Shown here: one piece after another, positions 24,634 through 26,197 of the stretch
Position numbering within the stretch: position 1 is the first letter of the stretch
How the letters are laid out: each line of letters opens with the position of its first letter
NCBI GenBank assembly: GCA_035636455.1
Contig: DASPZC010000205.1
Location: 1-26,197 of the forward strand
Reading direction: 5' to 3'
DNA from: Xanthobacteraceae bacterium
GTDB lineage: Bacteria; Pseudomonadota; Alphaproteobacteria; Rhizobiales; Xanthobacteraceae
DNA length: 26,197 nt
Notes under the pieces: model-generated
Seen by the model: the letters and a program-made list of their open reading frames with translations, nothing else
Databases searched by the model: none
What the model was told of the DNA's origin: nothing
Program-made: the position numbers and the translations under genes

Positions 24634-25533
24634 ATGCAGCTGCCGACCCACGGACGTTACGACTATTCGCCGATCACCAAGCGGCGCGACTATTCCTGGC
24701 CGGACGGCCGGCGGCTGGCCGTCCACGTGGCGCTCAACATCGAGTATTTCGCCTTCGGACGCGGGCTCGGCCACGTGCTCGGCGTCGAGAGCCCGCCCCC
24801 CAGCCACCGCGACTATTCCTGGCGCGACTACGGCAACCGGGTCGGCTTCTGGCGCCTGATCGAGCTGCTCGACGAGCTCAAGTTGCCCGGCAACCATCTC
24901 GTCAATGCCGGCATCTTCGACAACTACCCGGACATTCCCGAGGCGATCCGCGCGCGCGGCGACGAGTTCATCGGCCACGGCCGCACCAACTCGGAACGGC
25001 CGGGGCTGTTGTGGGAGGCCGACGAGGCGCGGCTGATCGCCGAGGTGAACGACACCGTCGCGCGCTTCCAGGGCAAGCCGCCGCGCGGCTGGATGGCGCC
25101 GTGGATGTCGCAGAGCACGGTCACCCCCGACCTGCTCAAGGAGGCCGGCTACGAGTTCATGATGGATTGGCCGTGCGACGACCAGCCGATCTGGATGCGC
25201 ACCCGCGCCGGCCCGATCCTCTCGGTCCCCTACCCGATCGAGATCAACGATTCCCCGCAGTTGCTCGCCCGCCACCACGCGCCCGACGAGTTCGCCAGGA
25301 TGATCGTCGACCAGTTCGAGGAGATGCTCCGCCAGAGCGAGCGCCAGCCGCTGGTGTGCGGGATCGCGCTGCACACCATGATCATGGGCCAGCCCTATCG
25401 CCTGCGCGTGCTGCGCGAGGCGCTCAAGCGCATCGTCAATCATCCGCAGAGGGAAAAGGTGTGGTTCACCCGCCCCGGCGAAATCGCCGATTACGTCAAG
25501 ACCTTGCCGGCCGGCACGGTACCCGGAAGCTGA
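24634..25533 (+). CDS. Polysaccharide deacetylase (CE4) family protein, PuuE-like subgroup
   Basis: ATG 2 nt after the DoxX stop; LNIEYF, YSWRDYGNRVGFWR, FIGHG, PRGWMAPW, DWPCDDQP, LHTMIMGQPYR. Confidence 0.88.
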   Translation: MQLPTHGRYDYSPITKRRDYSWPDGRRLAVHVALNIEYFAFGRGLGHVLGVESPPPSHRDYSWRDYGNRVGFWRLIELLDELKLPGNHLVNAGIFDNYPDIPEAIRARGDEFIGHGRTNSERPGLLWEADEARLIAEVNDTVARFQGKPPRGWMAPWMSQSTVTPDLLKEAGYEFMMDWPCDDQPIWMRTRAGPILSVPYPIEINDSPQLLARHHAPDEFARMIVDQFEEMLRQSERQPLVCGIALHTMIMGQPYRLRVLREALKRIVNHPQREKVWFTRPGEIADYVKTLPAGTVPGS

Positions 25534-25859
25534 TATCCGTAGGATGGGCAAAGGCGCGCAGCGCCGTGCCCACGCGAGCAACGTCGGTGGGCACGCTTCG
25601 CTCTGCCCGCCCTACATTTTTCAATGCAGCACCGTGTGCTCCCGCGCGTGCGCCGCCGTCTCGGCTTGATCTCGCCGCCTGCGAAAAGGCTCGCCGACTC
25701 GGCCACCATGGCCTGCAGCCGCTCCGCCGAATTAGCCAGCTCCGCCCATGAATGGGCCATGTCGAGCAGCAATATGCCATGGCGTGGATCGCGCACAGCC
25801 TGCGCCAAACGCATGCACTCGAGCGCACGGCCGCGAAGCGTCTCGGGACTCACACGCAT
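25491..25859 (-). CDS. Small helical hypothetical protein; the ORF reads through a REP element at its 3' end
   Basis: GGAGGG RBS directly before ATG 25859; LRGRALECMRLAQAVRDPRHGILLLDMAHSWAELA resembles the R..A.EC..LA....DP....LL.MA..W..LA small proteins of Bradyrhizobium-like genomes (recollection). The 3' end is doubtful. Confidence 0.55.
   Translation of the reverse strand: MRVSPETLRGRALECMRLAQAVRDPRHGILLLDMAHSWAELANSAERLQAMVAESASLFAGGEIKPRRRRTRGSTRCCIEKCRAGRAKRAHRRCSRGHGAARLCPSYGYQLPGTVPAGKVLT
25539..25615. repeat. GTAG-type REP-like doublet, family C copy 2
   Basis: GTAGGATGGGCAAAG...GTGCCCAC...GTGGGCAC...CTCTGCCCGCCCTAC; the first 10 nt are identical to 13224-13233. Confidence 0.8.
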
Positions 25860-25972
25860 TCCCTCCGGACACTGCGACTGTTTTGAGGCATTGTGGCAAA
25901 ATTGCTGCCCGCCGGGCGGTTGCCGGCGGTTATCAACAAATAAGGTGTGTGCGTTGCAGCAGACGGGGCAGG

Positions 25973-26197
25973 TCAAGACTTGTTGCGCGTCGCCGCCAGC
26001 GGCGGCAGCACGATGACGGCAGCCGCCGCGTCCATGACGAGGCAGGCAACCAGCGCCGTCGCGTAGCCGCCCGCGGACTGCTGCAGCCGGCCGAGCAGGT
26101 CCGGCCCGAAGGCGAAGGTGAATTGGTTGATCGCGACAATCATGCTCACCACGCGGGCGAAGTGCGCCGGTGGAAATTCCTGCTGGACGATGAGGCC
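25973..26197 (-). CDS. MFS transporter, 3' fragment (5' part outside the window)
   Basis: Hand translation: GLIVQQEFPPAHFARVVSMIVAINQFTFAFGPDLLGRLQQSAGGYATALVACLVMDAAAAVIVLPPLAATRNKS-stop, which looks like typical MFS TM11-12. Confidence 0.8.
   Translation of the reverse strand, partial: GLIVQQEFPPAHFARVVSMIVAINQFTFAFGPDLLGRLQQSAGGYATALVACLVMDAAAAVIVLPPLAATRNKS

Noticed and set aside
1-26197. rRNA, tRNA, CRISPR, toxin-antitoxin or anti-phage defence genes
   Set aside because: No supporting motifs were seen. The GNAT has no adjacent RHH-type antitoxin, and the KTSC gene has no defence-like neighbours.

Overview
High-GC bacterial chromosomal window, probably from an Alphaproteobacterium of Hyphomicrobiales/Nitrobacteraceae type (inferred from gene content, repeat families and a CtrA-like site). 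It has about 22 real protein-coding genes; most other ORFs in the supplied track are shadow frames. Most of it is ordinary transport and catabolism: two orphan family-5 ABC solute-binding proteins, an LLM oxidoreductase, a hydantoinase/oxoprolinase B-A pair, a TRAP dctPQM operon, a crotonase, a PAS chemoreceptor, an aldo-keto reductase, DoxX plus a CE4 deacetylase, and an MFS 3' end. Four things stand out. (1) A protein-glutaminase-like Cys-His-Asp enzyme without a signal peptide and a Tat-exported tyrosinase/PPO are divergently transcribed, and their shared intergenic region holds a perfect 15-bp palindrome abutting three tandem copies of a 14-mer. (2) A tandem-GNAT acetyltransferase lies behind a promoter, a 26-codon leader ORF and an intrinsic terminator, which looks like an attenuator. 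(3) A secreted CxxCH-containing, His-rich probable beta-propeller protein has no clear function. (4) Two genes (a YugP-like Zn peptidase and a KTSC protein) are each broken by one missing base at a GG. Eight palindromic intergenic repeats from four families are present, and two of them supply the stop codon of the adjacent gene. No rRNA, tRNA, CRISPR array or transposase was seen. All family calls come from motif recognition by eye; no database search was run.
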